Shown here piece after piece: positions 17,569 through 39,303 of a stretch of DNA of 64,000 nt (positions within the stretch are counted from its first letter, which is position 1; every line of letters starts with the position of its first letter). This DNA is from the human T2T-CHM13v2.0 reference genome, Homo sapiens: NCBI RefSeq assembly GCF_009914755.1, contig NC_060934.1. The stretch is one strand, 5' to 3'. A program made the translations under genes and the position numbers. A model generated the notes under the pieces. That model ran no database searches, was not told where the DNA came from, and saw only the letters and a list, made by a program, of their open reading frames with translations.

Positions 17569-19856
17569 TGTTTGACTTATCTACTGCTGCATAAAAACCA
17601 CCTATACATTTCATGATTTAAAACAATAACAATGTAACGTTGCTCACAATTCTGTCGGTTGATTAGGTAGTTTTTTCTGTTTCACTTGTAGTCTGGATGC
17701 TGGAATGACAAGAAGGTCCAAAATGGCTTTATTCACATGGCTGAAAGTTGGTGCTGGCCATTGACTGGGGGCTTAGCTGGAAGGTTTTCTGGGGTTTCAG
17801 TTCTCCTACCCAAAGTTGCTCAGGGTTCCTCCTAGCTTAGTGGCTAGGTTTCAAGAAGACCTGTTCTAAGAGAAGATGCCCCAGTGTGCAAGTATTTATC
17901 AAGTCTCCAGTCACACCACTCTTGCTAACGTCCCGTTGTCTAAAGCTAGTCACGTGGCCAAGCTGAGAGTCAATGATGGAGGGAACTACACAAAGCTCTG
18001 AATCCCAGGAAATAAGATTCATTCAGGGCCACCAGAGCACTCTCTGGTCTCTAATGGACCATGTCCTTACTACATGAAAAATATAATTATCCCCTCCAAA
18101 GCATCCGAGGTCTTGTCTCATTATGATATCATGTACAGAATCTCATCATCCAAATCAATCCAGGTGCAGAAGGGGTCTCTTGGGTGCAACGCCTCTTTAT
18201 CTGAAGATGTGTGAACTAAAGAGGTGTGTTTTCTGGCCTACACACACCCAATATACAACGATAAGGCAAGCATAGGAAACCTGCAATAGACATTCCTACT
18301 CAAAAAGGTTGAAAATGGGTGGTACACAGAAGTTACTGGTCCATAGCAATTTTGAAATCCAGCAAGGTACATGTAGCTAGTTTACTGATGATGGCTCAGT
18401 TCTACTCCCTGGAACTGATTCTCTGTGCCTCTTACCTCTGCCCTCTGTGCTTTAGGCTCTGTTCTCTGAGATATCCTTCTTTTTCCAAGAGAAATGACCC
18501 AAAAGAAATGAGTTTCTTTTCTGGCTTACTTCCTCCCCATAGAAGTTTGGCAGTCTTGAGGCATCTTTTCATTTTGAGCTATCTCTTTCCTTAGTTTTTT
18601 TTTTTCAGTCCAGGCTGATATAATTTTATTAAAATTTGTATAGTTTTATATGCATCAAACTGTAATCTCCATTAGAGAAAAGTGCACTAACAGATCTCTT
18701 CAAGGCAGTCCTCTCTCTGAAGAACTGGTGTTTGCAGCCTCTCTCTGGCTGCATGTCAGGATGCTACGGGAAAATACTTTTAAGATTCTTACTATATTTT
18801 GCCTAGCTGAGAGAAACTCTGAGAATTCTTTAAATATGTCTAATGTGTTAATAGAGATCTTGACCCTAAAGCCATATTTCACTCCCAGCACCCTGCATTG
18901 CATCTTGAAACCAAGGCCATTTCTTACTTTGAAAATTCTTTCTTGGAAAGACTAGGAATGAAAAACAATTGTGTTATCAAACACAGCAAATTATAGCTCC
19001 TTTTTAGTTCTTCTAAATTTTACTTGAAATCTGAACAGGTCCTTCTCTAGCTTAACTTGTACCTTCTGTTCTCCGTCATAGGCAACTAAAAAGAAGCCAG
19101 ATTGCGCATTCCATATTTTCTGCCTGAAAATCTCCTTAGCCAGGTCCACAAGTTTATTAGGTATGTTTTCTATTTCCCATATTACCAAGGCAACCGTTCT
19201 GTTACTTGTTCTGCCAATACATAACTTGGGTTCTCTTTCCTCCGGCTTCCCATAGGAATCTCCTCATTGCCCTTCTAGCCCCCACTAACAGTCTCCTTCC
19301 CATTCTTCCATATTTCTTCATTCCTTCTGCCAGACTCAAAGCCTGTGTTATTACAGGACCTCACTTTCAGGTAACAATTTATATTTTAGTTATCTATTGC
19401 TGCATAACAAACCATCCCCAAATTTGATGGTTTATAATAATTTCTTATTACTTCTTCCAATTCTGTGGGTTGACCAGGGGGTTATTACACTTCACATATT
19501 GTTGACTTGGAGTTGGACTGTCTAAAGGGTCTGCCATGGCCTCATTTATATGGCTGTAAATTGGTACTGGATGCTGGTTGGAGGTTCAACTGGAATTGGC
19601 GAAGGGGCTTCAGTTCTTCTCCATGTGGTTGCTTAGGGTTTCTCATAACATGGCAGATTGGTTCCAAGAAAAAGCATTCCAAGAAGGCAAGCCTTAAAGT
19701 GCAGGGACCTATCAAGCCTTCCCTTGCATCAGTCTTCCTAAAGTTGCATTGGCCAAAGCTCATCAGGTAGCCAAACACAGAATTAACATATGAGGGGGCT
19801 CATAAGGGAACAAGCACTAAGGAGTAGTTTAGTGAGAGCCACCAAATTCTATCACA
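17569..19856 (-). mobile_element. Complete MaLR element: MLT1 LTR (17569-~18035), MLT1-int, MLT1 LTR (~19380-19856)
   Basis: Two similar LTRs (TTATCTACTGCTGCATAAAAACCAC and TTATCTATTGCTGCATAACAAACCAT); TG..CA ends; TSD-like GCCTCC/GCCTTC; internal ORF relic VIWEIENIPNKLVDLAKEIFRQ (18991-19188); internal start AAATTGTTACCTGAAAGTGAGG on the minus strand. Confidence 0.85.
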
Positions 19857-20068
19857 GCCTTCATTTGGTTGAACAAATGACTTAGGGCGCAATTGTCATT
19901 ATAAAAGAATCTTGTTAAATATAACGTCAAAAAATCACTTTTATAAATTTTCATTTTATTTTAAGAAACTACCATCGAACCTGTTTTATGTTGTCTACGG
20001 TGACATTTTGGTCCTCACTTTCAGTGGATTCCAGTTGAGTGGCCTTTTCCTACTATCAATTATCCTCA

Positions 20069-20587
<519 letters not shown>

Positions 20588-21869
20588 TTCACTGTTTAAG
20601 AAGAATTAAAGGGTCACTCTCCCACCCACTTTATAACTAGGCGCTGATAATTAGGTGTGGCCTGAAATTATATACAATAGTACTTTCCTCATCATACCTT
20701 AATAACCTACAGCTTTTACAAACTGCTTTAGTGGGAGGATACTACAGAAATTAATTCTAAAAGGCCTATAGTCTTTACATAGAACATTTTGAACAAAGGT
20801 GTAGTTTTTAAATGGGAGTTTAATTTTGTTTCTTGGCTTCATTTTTTTTTCTTAAGCTTTAAGTGAAAGTTTGAAGAATATGAGTGCTTCATGTTTTATA
20901 ACACTGCACGGTCTGCACTTAGCATTCAATACCTGGGATATATCTTTTTCACATAGCAATAGAAAAGGCTTGAAATGACTGAATTCACTAAAATTTAGGA
21001 AACACTCCACATTCTCAACTAATCCTTGATGAAACTACAGGTAATTGTTTTTTAAAGAGATTTAAAATCCAGCCAAAAAGCATACATGCTAACCATTTCG
21101 TTTTTCTCCCTAGAGATTCTCAGTTTAATCTCATAATAGTCAACATCATAAGCTTTTCTTTCCCACTCCAGCATGAATATAACAAGTACTGTAAGTAAAA
21201 CTCTGTCATCAAAATGCTTCCATGGAGCCAGTGATCTTAACAGAGCTGCCTGGGCGCCCCCGAGGGTGTTGTTACCTCTTCTTCCATTTCCTCCTCCTGA
21301 ACAGATCCGTCATTTTACCAGATCTGAAATTTCCTTTCCTTTCACATATCTTCATAAGCAATTAAGCAAAGGATACCCAACCCTTGTGGTTTTGTCACTG
21401 TGCCTTAGTTCCCATGGCAATCTTGGTACTTTGTAAAGGACCTGTCAACCTTGCTTTAGTATCTGTGTCTGTCAAACTTGAAAACAAAACCTCTGAAGAA
21501 TAGGGAGTTGGTCTATGGGCAAGCTGGAGGGTGGAGCTCTCATCAGGGGTGAGCTTAGGTGAGGGTCAGTGTGTAGGTCCGTAGGGGAATCTTAGCAGCA
21601 ATTCCTCCACTAACAGACGTTTCTCAGAACCCAAAGCACACCTCAGAGGGCATCCCCTCCACATCCAACTCTTTCAACAAACAGATGCTGTCTTATTTTA
21701 AAGAATCTAATGAGAAAGTGATTCAGTAACTCCCTTTAGAAATGGTTCCCATCTGTCATATTTATCAGGAATTTCTACACATCCCATAATAATATGAAGT
21801 CTTCCCCTGTCTCTTTCTCTCTGACGTCTCATTGCACTAAGACACTGATTAAGAGGCTAATCATTAACT

Positions 21870-22300
21870 TATTAATAGCTATCATTCACTGAGCAACCGC
21901 CATATGTCATATTATGTATCAACCATCCACGCCCAGGGCACAGTGGCTCATGCCTCTAATCACAGCACTTTTGGAGGCTGAGGCGGGAGGATTGCTTGAG
22001 CTTGGGAGTTTGAGGCTGCAGTGAGATGTGATCACACCACTGCACTGTAGCCTGGGTGATAGAGTGAGACTCCAATTCAAAAAAAATTAAAAAAAAAAAA
22101 ACAAAAAAAAACTACTCAGTACTTTCCGCACCTGAGCTCATTTAATCAATACGACCTTACAAGGTGACTACTATTAGCACCATTTTATGGATAATGAACT
22201 AAAACAATAGTTGAGAGAGGTTATATTAACTTTTCCAAGTTCTCATAGTTACACATGGAAAATGTCTGAGCCAGAATATAGATCCCACATCCTATCTTCT
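21870..22300 (-). mobile_element. MIR, interrupted by an Alu monomer
   Basis: CTCATTTAATC...CCATTTTATGGATAATGAACT...GAGAGGTTA. Confidence 0.6.
21931..22110 (+). mobile_element. Free Alu monomer (FRAM/FAM-like)
   Basis: Single Alu arm with poly(A). Confidence 0.85.
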
Positions 22301-22445
22301 CAATTAATGATGGAAACCAAGATTGATGCTCCTCTTAGGTGACATAATTCTGCAGTAGTGTGTTTGCCACAGTTTGGCCAGGACCCTCTGTTTACAACGA
22401 CCAGGCTACTACAATATATAGTTTATTAATGTGAAAAAGCCAGAA

Positions 22446-22812
22446 TGATATGGTTTGGCTGTGTCCTCACCCAAATCTCGTCTTGAATTACAGCTCCCAT
22501 AATCCCCATGTGTCATGAGAGGGACCCAGTGGGAGGTAATTGAATCACGGGGGTGGGTTTTTCCCATACCGTTCTCATGATAGTGAGTACGTCTCATGAG
22601 ATCTGATGGTTTTATAAAGGGCAGTTCCCCTGCACACACACTCCTGCCTGCCACCATGTAAGATGTGCCCTTGCTCCTCCTTCACCTTCTGACATGATTG
22701 TGAGGCCTCCCCCAGCCACGTGGGAACTGTGAGTCCATTAAACCTCTTTTTCTTTATAAATCACCCAATCTTGGGTATGTATTTATTAGCAGCATGAGAA
22801 CAGACTAATACA
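22446..22812 (+). mobile_element. THE1 (B/C-like) solo LTR
   Basis: TGATATGGTTTGGCTGTGTC...ATTAAACCTCTTT...GACTAATACA; 5-bp TSD CAGAA/CACAA. Confidence 0.95.
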
Positions 22813-23743
22813 CACAACCCAGAACAGAATTTAGAAGAGGAGTGAACCAGACCACCCAGACAGCTGAACAACTCATTGGGATTTTGAGTTAATTTTTTTC
22901 CTAATGTGAGAACTACTCAATTCTCATCTCATAGAGCACCCACAGATGACAGGGTTGAACAAAACATTTAGGGATTTAAATGGATTGTCCCATCTCATCA
23001 GAAAAATGGTATTGGAGTGAATTTGTGGACTCTTTCTAGTCCCTTTGCCCCACACGCCAAACAACTGGTTTGGGGTGGAATCCTAGGAAGATGAATTGAT
23101 GAGATAGAAATACGCATATTTAGGAAATAGCAGGATTGTAGTGGCACATGCAAAGGGTTCCATCTCTCTCTCTAATAGTCAAATCCACCAAAACCAAGCT
23201 TCTGCCTCTTGAGAAGTAAGGAATTATTCTGGACATTGCTAGACTGGAACTGACCTGAGGACAGGAAGCACAGTGCTTCCCTCCCTGCCACACCATAGCA
23301 CCTGCAAAATGACATCCGTAATTCCAGCTGCCAGCAGATACTTATTTGATCAGTGAATGACCTGACAGTGTGTGAAAATTCCCTCTGACTGAGTAGCCTG
23401 TTCGGCCACTAAACAGGGTGTGCAGGTGTGTAACTGGGTGCAGGAGAGAGTGACAGGATGCCAGCCTTGGCAATGTGCTCCTGCTGTGTCCTTTCTGATT
23501 CCACTGCCCACTCTACGGTTTTCACCTCTAAACCCCAAATCCCCAGTCATAAGGAAAGCTGTTTTGATACTGCCTCAGGAAGCTGTCTCATCTTGTCCTG
23601 TTGGCTTAAAAACAGGTCTGGGGCTCTGCAGCTGACGGTCCTGACTGTTAGAAGGAAAACTAACAAATAGAAAGGACATGCACACCAAAACCTCATCTGT
23701 ACGTCACCATGATCAAAGACCAAAGGTAGATAAAACCACAAAG

Positions 23744-24769
23744 ATGGGGAGAAACCAGAGCAGAAAAGCTGAAAATTCTAAAAACCGGAACGCCTCTTCT
23801 CCTCCAAAGGAATGCAGCTCATCGCCAACAATGGAACAAAGCTGGACAGAGAATGACTTTGACAAGTTGAGAGAAGAAGGCTTCAGACGATCGGTAATAA
23901 TAAACTTCTCCAAGCTAAAGGAGGATGTCCGAACCCATCGCAAAGAAGCTAAAAACCATGAAAAAAGATTAGACGAATGGTTAACTAGAACAAACAGCAT
24001 AGAGAAGACCCTAAATGACCTGACGGAGCTGAAAATCATGGTACGAGAACTACAGGACGCATGCACAAGCTTCAGCAGCCGATTTGATCAAGTGGAAGAA
24101 AGGGTATCAGTGATTGAAGATCAAATGAATCAAACGAAGCGAGAAGAGAAGTTTAGAGAAAAAAGAGTAAAAAGAAATCAACAAAGCCTCCAAGAAATAT
24201 GGGACTAGGTGAAAAGACCAAATCTAGGTCTGATTGGTATACCTGAAAGTGACGGGGAGAATGGAACCAAGTTGGAAAACACTCTGCAGGATATTATCCA
24301 GGAGAACTTCCCCAACCTAGTAAGGCAGGCCAACATTCAAATTCAGGAAATACACAGAAAGCCACAAAGATACTCCTCGAGAAGAGCAACTCCAAGACAC
24401 ATAATTGTCAGATTCACCAAAGCTGAAATGAAGGAAAAAATATTAAGGGCAGCCAGAGAGAAAGGTTGGGTTATCCACAAAGGGAAACCCATCAGACTAA
24501 CAGCAGATCTCTCAGCAGAAACTCTACAAGCCAGAAGAGAGTGGGAGCTAACATTCAACATTCTTAAAGAAAAGAATTTTCAACCCAGAATTTCATATCC
24601 AGTCAAACTAAGCTTCATAAGTGAAGGAGAAATAAAATCCCTTACAGACAAGCAAATGCTGAGAGATTTTGTTACCACCAGGCCTGCCTTACAAGAGCTC
24701 CTGAAGGAAACACTAAACATGGAAAGGAACAACCGGTACCACCCACTGCAAAAACATGCCAAATTGTAA
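23744..24769 (+). pseudogene. L1 ORF1 (RNA-binding chaperone), single frame with one premature TAG at 24206-24208
   Basis: MGRNQSRKAENSK...SLQEIWD*VKRPNL...HPLQKHAKL. Confidence 0.95.
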
Positions 24770-24832
24770 AGACCATCAATGCTAGGAAGAAACTGCATCA
24801 ACTAATGAGCAAAATAACCAGCTAACATCATA

Positions 24833-28655
<3,823 letters not shown>

Positions 28656-28868
28656 ACAATGAGAACACTTGGACACAGGGTGGAGAACATCACACACCGG
28701 GGCCTGTTGGGGGGTGGGGGGAGGGGCGAGGGATAGCATTAGGAGATATACCTAATGTAAATGACAAGTTAATGGGTGCAGCACACCAACATGGCACCTG
28801 TATACATATGTAACAAACCTGCACATTGTGCACATGCACCCTAGAACTTAAAGTATAATTTTAAAAAA

Positions 28869-29455
<587 letters not shown>

Positions 29456-30229
29456 CTACGAAGCCCAGTCCTGGCATCATTGCAGGATACCCAGGTAGAG
29501 AACACTGATCTCTCTGCATTTCTGGGTGGCAATCTCACAGCCAGAGGCTTTCCTAGGTGGAAGCTGCCTCTTCTTGGCTTTAGTGCATTTTTCTCCTGTT
29601 TTTGCTCTAGCGTGTCTTAGGTTATTTTTTCTGCTAACTTCCTGAAAGCTAGATAAAAGAAATTCTCACTTTTGGGCTCGACTGCAGTGATGATTCTTGC
29701 AGCTCAGCAGTTACACATTAGACATTAGAGACCAAAAATAAAATAAAATAAAATAAAAAATAAATGCTAGCTGGTAAAGAAGATAAGTCTCAACTTGGTT
29801 CTGAAATGAACGGCAACATTTTTCAAAAACACTTTGCCAGAACAGGCCTCCTACTCTATGTGAACCTTTGTAAAAAGTTGTAATTTTTGTTTTTGTGGTT
29901 AAACCTGTGAGTTAGTTAAGGGCAAGCTCTGTATCATTTCTGTGTATGTTCCATTGAACCAACCATGTTCTGCTTGTTTAATTCATGTTAAGGGAAGAAC
30001 TATATCATCCCGAGGCATGTTTTAAAATATCAAGAACATCCAGGTTTTATGATCATCATTCACGTGCAACCCAGGGCTCCTTGACTTAAGCTGTCCTGGA
30101 ACAGGCACTACCTGGGAAGACATTCAGAAAATAGACTTGAATAGACAAAGCAACAAACGAAACCCTTTCCTCTAGGGAGAGAAGCAAAAAGGAGCTGAAG
30201 TGTCTAATACCATAAACAAGTGGCTGCCC

Positions 30230-30631
<402 letters not shown>

Positions 30632-30809
30632 CTATCTCTTTTATACTGTTGACCTCACTGAATTTAACAGGTTTTTCAAAGCCTTTAAAAAAATCCATGC
30701 TATATATTTTTTAAAACTTCAAGTAAACCATACCAAACTTTGCAAATAGAAAACTCTTTCCCAAAGAGCTTAAATCAGACAAACTTCTAGAAAACCATGT
30801 TCTCTCTAA

Positions 30810-31449
<640 letters not shown>

Positions 31450-31479
31450 TGCCTCATGTACTTTGAGTACCTTTATCAC

Positions 31480-32000
31480 ATAACTAATTCCCATGTTTTT
31501 ATATAAAATATTTGTCATCCTTGCTACATTTTTAAAAATAAAAATGTCTAAAATAGCGTACAAGCCCTCAGCTTTAATAATTATCAACGTTTTATCACAC
31601 ATTTCATCTACACTCACTTTTTAAAAGTCAAAATGTTTTAAAACAAATCCAAGTTTTCAAGTTTTTTTTAAATTAAATACTTCATTGGGTAATTAAAAAG
31701 AAGATAATACCTTATTACGTAACCATAATGCCATTAACACATCCAACAAAATTAATCATCTGACACTTGATCCTACATAAAAATTCCCCAAATTTCTAAA
31801 ATAATCTTTTTACCATAGGTTTATGGGAAACATTGTAGAAGGTGATCATGTCTCTAAGTCTCTTTTATATTTTTCTCACTAGAATCAGTAAAATTATCAT
31901 CTCTCTCCTCCCTTTTTCTTTCCACGCCACTGGGTAGTTGAGGAAATTCGGTGCATTGTCTTGAAGAGTTCACCCCCCTCTGAATTTGGCTGCAAATTCA
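31480..32000 (-). mobile_element. Old L1ME-type 3'-end fragment
   Basis: AT-rich; TAACCATAATGCCATTAACACATCCAACAAAATTAA. Confidence 0.5.
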
Positions 32001-32045
32001 TCTCTTAAGCTTTGAACCCCTTTGCCAGCCAAGATATCCAGAGGA

Positions 32046-32175
32046 GGCCAGGCATAGTAGCTCATGTCTATAATCCCGGCACTTTGGGAGGCCAAGGTGG
32101 GAGGATTACCTGAGCTCTCCCACCAAGGAGTTTGAGACCAGCCTGGACAACATAGTGAGATCCCATCTCTAAAAC
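32046..32175 (+). mobile_element. FLAM (free left Alu monomer)
   Basis: Left arm only; TSD AAGATATCCAGAGGA/AAGATTTCCAGAGGA. Confidence 0.9.
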
Positions 32176-32368
32176 AAAGATTTCCAGAGGAGCATCCTTT
32201 GATCTTGTAGGCACTCTGCACTGCCTTAGTTGGTGAAACTGGATGGCATACACCCTGAGTCTCTACACTTCCCTCCTCCTCTGCTGGTTCCACAGTGGAG
32301 GAGGGAAACTAACAACTTAGACCCTAAGAGCCTTTTCCCCAGCCAGGTCTCCAACAGATTTCAAAAGA

Positions 32369-32762
32369 GAAAATGTGGTACCATGGAATAATATGCAGCC
32401 ATGAAAAGGAGCGAGATCATTGCAGGGAATGGATGGAGCTGGAAGCTGTTATCCTCAGCAAACTAATGAGGAACAGAAAACCAAATACCACATATTCTCA
32501 CTTATAAATAGAGCTGAATGATGAGACCACATGGACACATGGCGGGGAAAAACACACACTGGGGCCTATCAGAGGGTGGAGGGTGTGAGGAGGGAGAGCA
32601 TCAGGAAGAGTAGTTAATGGATTCCGGGCTTAATACCTAGATGATGGGATGATCTGTGCAGCAAACCACGGTGACACACATTTACCTATGTAAATGTGCA
32701 CATCCTGCACATGTACCCTGGAACTTAAAAGTTGGAAAGCAAAAAAAAAAAAAAAAAAGAAA
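32369..32762 (+). mobile_element. L1PA8-13-type 3' end
   Basis: AAAATGTGGTA..GAAAACCAAATACCACATATTCTCAC..CTGCACATGTACCCTGGAACTTAAAAG plus poly(A). Confidence 0.9.
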
Positions 32763-33511
32763 GCTGGAAGACCTGAGTTCTGCTCTCAAGACTCAGCAAA
32801 GAGAAAGAGCAGCCTAGGGCTGTGTAGCTCTGTTGGGAAAGAACAAAAGTTGATTGTTTAAGAAAACAGACCAGTATTTATGTTCTAAAAGAGGAAGCTC
32901 CTATCACAGACAAATATATAGGACTTGCTGAGGCTTAGCTTAGAGGCTTGGCATCACTGGTTGGCAAAGCACCTAGCAACAAGTAGCCTGGGGTGCTCCA
33001 AGCCCTGGCTTCTGTCTACCCAGCCCCACTGCTGTCTTGGTATTTACAGACAGAGAGCTCAGGGTCTGCAGATTAGAAGCAATAATAAGGACGGTGTTTG
33101 TGTAGCACCTTGTTCCAGGCAGCTTCAAGTGCTTGGCAGGGAGCATCTTGCTCCCGCTGATGTAGCTGTGGGAAGGGATAGATCTGTGGGCTGGGGAGAG
33201 GGCTGTTTTCTCCCACACCATCCTGCAGCACTTATGTCTCCTTGTGGCTACATCTTGCACACCTGCTCAAGGTGGTTCCTTTAGCTCTCATTGGGCGACT
33301 TCTGGAAGTCCAGTTCCCTTCCCGCAATCCAGAAGAACCTAAACAGGGGTCCCTGGAGTAGATAATGTAACTCCAAGAGAAATTCTTTGACAAAATATCT
33401 CGGAGAGCTCAAATGCCACCACGCACATGCTTCAGTTCAAATAAGCAAGCACTGGCAGGGTTGTGGTCATCTATCCATCCCTCTTCTAGCTTTCTTTAGG
33501 AAAAGTACTTC

Positions 33512-33818
<307 letters not shown>

Positions 33819-34029
33819 TTACAATTTAAATTATTATTTGGTTATTTACACTGGAATTGATAGTGCTTTGAGTTACAAATAAGCAATAAAGAACTAGGAG
33901 TAGTTACTTAGTATCTTTTGCCTAGGAGTTTAAAGCATTTCACAGATACTGGTCACAAATAGTAAGTTAATTAGGATGTTTTTCTGCTGCTTTGCAGATG
34001 GATAGTATCGGGACAGAGATTAAAGTTGG

Positions 34030-34390
34030 GAGAGTGCAGAGTAACATTCTGATTTCACTGTAATTTGCATTGTGACCTCAGGCAAGTAATTCTCTTTTCC
34101 TGGATCTGATTTCCTCCTTGTGCACAGCATCGTCAGCTGAAAATGGTAGGACCATCCGTCTCCCTCAGTACTTGGAAATGCGGGAGAGGTGGGTTCTAGT
34201 TGTTACAATAACTGTGACAGACGTACTGGTGACATACAGTGGGCAGGATCTAGAATGCTGTTTGTCCTGCACAGAAAGGTTTCACAGAAAAGATCTTCCT
34301 GCCTGAGCTGCCTATAGCACCTAGGTGACCGCTGACATTGGTAAATGGTCTCTGGCATCCTCCCAGCTTGATAGTCTATGAATATCTGTC
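34030..34390 (+). mobile_element. MIR3-like fragment interrupted by a MER3/MER20-like hAT relic (~34160-34335)
   Basis: GTGACCTCAGGCAAGT MIR core; TTGGAAATG..GTTGTTACAATAACTG..AGTGGGCAGG. Confidence 0.5.
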
Positions 34391-34788
34391 TGATTTCACT
34401 GTAATTTGAATTATGACTTCAGGCAAGTGATTCTCTGGCACTAAAAGCCCAGTCACAAAGGCATTAAATTCAACATCCAGGTTGTCTGTCCCAGGAAAGA
34501 TGGGCATGAGAGGGACGTCTCAGAAGCTGGGGCGAACACAGTGAATTAGGATGGAGGGTACCATTTGCAAGTTTTTCACGATACCCAGATTGTGCTTGGG
34601 AAAGACCCCACTGTGTCAACCCAGATTTGCAATTAAATTCCACGAAGAATTTAATATTTGTGACACCGTCCCCTATGTTAACACGTTTGCCAGCCCAAGA
34701 TAGGCTGTGACAAAAGGAAGTGAGCCTTATCTATCAGTGGAGGTTGAACAACCAGCAACGTGAGTCATCCGCAAAAGTAAACAGCTGG

Positions 34789-35177
<389 letters not shown>

Positions 35178-35872
35178 TCAGGTAGCCTTTGAAGGTGACC
35201 TTGTATTATGTATGATGCTGGAGTCCTATCTAGTAAATTATTTCCTGTATGCACTAAGTGGATGCAAATTATTTATTGTGTATCTCACCTATAGATTTAC
35301 TCTTTTAAGACCTTGAGAATCTTTCTTGTTTTTTAGAAATTTCATTTGACTTTTAATGTTCTCAAGGGCTCAGCCTCAAATGATTATACCTCATGCTGAG
35401 GAACCAAAAAAATTAAGTCCCAAACACTGAGTAATTATTTTTCCAATATGTACGTCTAGCAGCCTTTTTAGTAAGTGCGCTAAGAAAAAAAATTTCTCCT
35501 CTAAAGTTCTCAAAAATAACACCCAAAGCATAGATTCAACTTAGCCAGCCAGAAGTACCTATTCATCTGGGCCCTTTGAGGTAAGTTGAAACAGATTTAG
35601 TATTTCTCTTGGTTTCTAAAAGCCTTTGTCTTCAATTAAAAATAAAAACTAAAGCTAGATGAGTAGTATTTTGACATCCGACCAATTCTTATTTCTGGTA
35701 TAACTATACAGACTAAAACACCACTCACGGCAAATCTTGCACATTTTTATGTGAATGTTTATTTATACTCGTCTTGGCTCCACACCGTGATATCTTGTTC
35801 CACACTAAGTATCTGTATGTGTTGATTTCCCCCTCGCTGTGTGTAAGTTCACTCCAAGTGTCTGGCAGATAA

Positions 35873-36139
35873 TTTTTTTTTTTTTTTTTTTTTTTGAGCC
35901 AGAGTCTCACTCTGTCGCCCAGGCTGGAGTGCAATGGTGCAATCTCGGCTCACTGCAACCTCCACCTCCCAGTTCAAGCGATTCTCCTGCCTCAGTCTCC
36001 CGAGTAGCTGGGACTACAGGGGCATGCCACCATGCCCAGCTGGTGGCCAGGCTGGTCTCGAACTCCTGACCTCAAGTGATCCACCTGCCTCAACCTCCCA
36101 AAGTGCTGGGATTACAGGTGTGAACCACTGTGCCCAGCC
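35873..36139 (-). mobile_element. AluS lacking its central linker
   Basis: Reverse Alu; TSD CTGGCAG..AAT. Confidence 0.93.
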
Positions 36140-36320
36140 CTGGCAGCGAATCTTGATGGAGGCTCCCAGAAGAGACCAGGGTTGGCCAGGCTGGTCTCGA
36201 ACTCCTGACCGCAAGTGATCCACCTGCCTCAACCTACCAAAGTGCTGGGATTACAGGTGTGAGCCACCATGCCCAGCCCTGGCAGAGAATCTTGATGGAG
36301 GCTCCCAGAAGAGACCAGGG
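36043..36320. repeat. 139-bp tandem duplication (Alu left arm plus flank)
   Basis: 36043-36181 is repeated at 36182-36320. Confidence 0.93.
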
Positions 36321-36978
36321 ACACCCACTCACCACCATCTCCCTAAGAGTGCTGAATGGGCTCCCCAGACTCAGGAGATCCCAGTCGCTTTGGCCTCTGT
36401 CTAAAAGAAGACTCTCCAGAAACAATGAGATGTCGTGGATGAAACATAGAGTTTGAAGACCAATAGCCTGGATCCAAATATTAACGATGCCGTTTCCTGC
36501 TGTGTGATCCCGTGCAAATCACTGAAATCCTCTGAGCTCCAATTTCTTCACCTATCACAGCAGGTAGCAGTGAGGAGACAAAGGAGAGGAAAACACTTTG
36601 AAAACTGCAAATCTGCAAATCATTGCTAATTGTTGAGATGGTTGGTGGGTGGACTACGGCTTGGGAACTAGGACCAACATTTCACCTTCTACTTTCTGAG
36701 GCTTTCTGGGATTTGAGGCAAGAATGAGTCAGGGAATGAGGGGCGGGAGACCGCCACAGGACAGTTTCCATAAGGTGGTCCCATGGCCCAGTTGATGAGG
36801 TTGGTTATCCGGTATGAAAGCAATGTGGGACTAGCTCAAAGCCTGGTTGAAGCCAAATATTGTCATCATCTCCGAATACCTATTTTTAAATTCTTCTTAT
36901 GTGCTGTTGGATGCAGAGACCTTCAACTTCCTGCTTGGTTACCTTCTAAAATAATGGTTGAAAACTCCATGGCTTCTC

Positions 36979-37290
<312 letters not shown>

Positions 37291-37409
37291 CTCCATGGCT
37301 TCTCACACCTATTTAAGTTAACATCTCAAATGTTCCTTCATAAGTTTACACAGAAAGGATATAACTTCTGGTAATTGCAAATATTGAACATTTAAAAGGA
37401 AAACTTTTA

Positions 37410-39303
<1,894 letters not shown>

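Noticed and set aside
21250-21268. CTCF-like motif (reverse strand ACCCTCGGGGGCGC)
   Set aside because: Mismatches at informative core positions; not supportable without ChIP data
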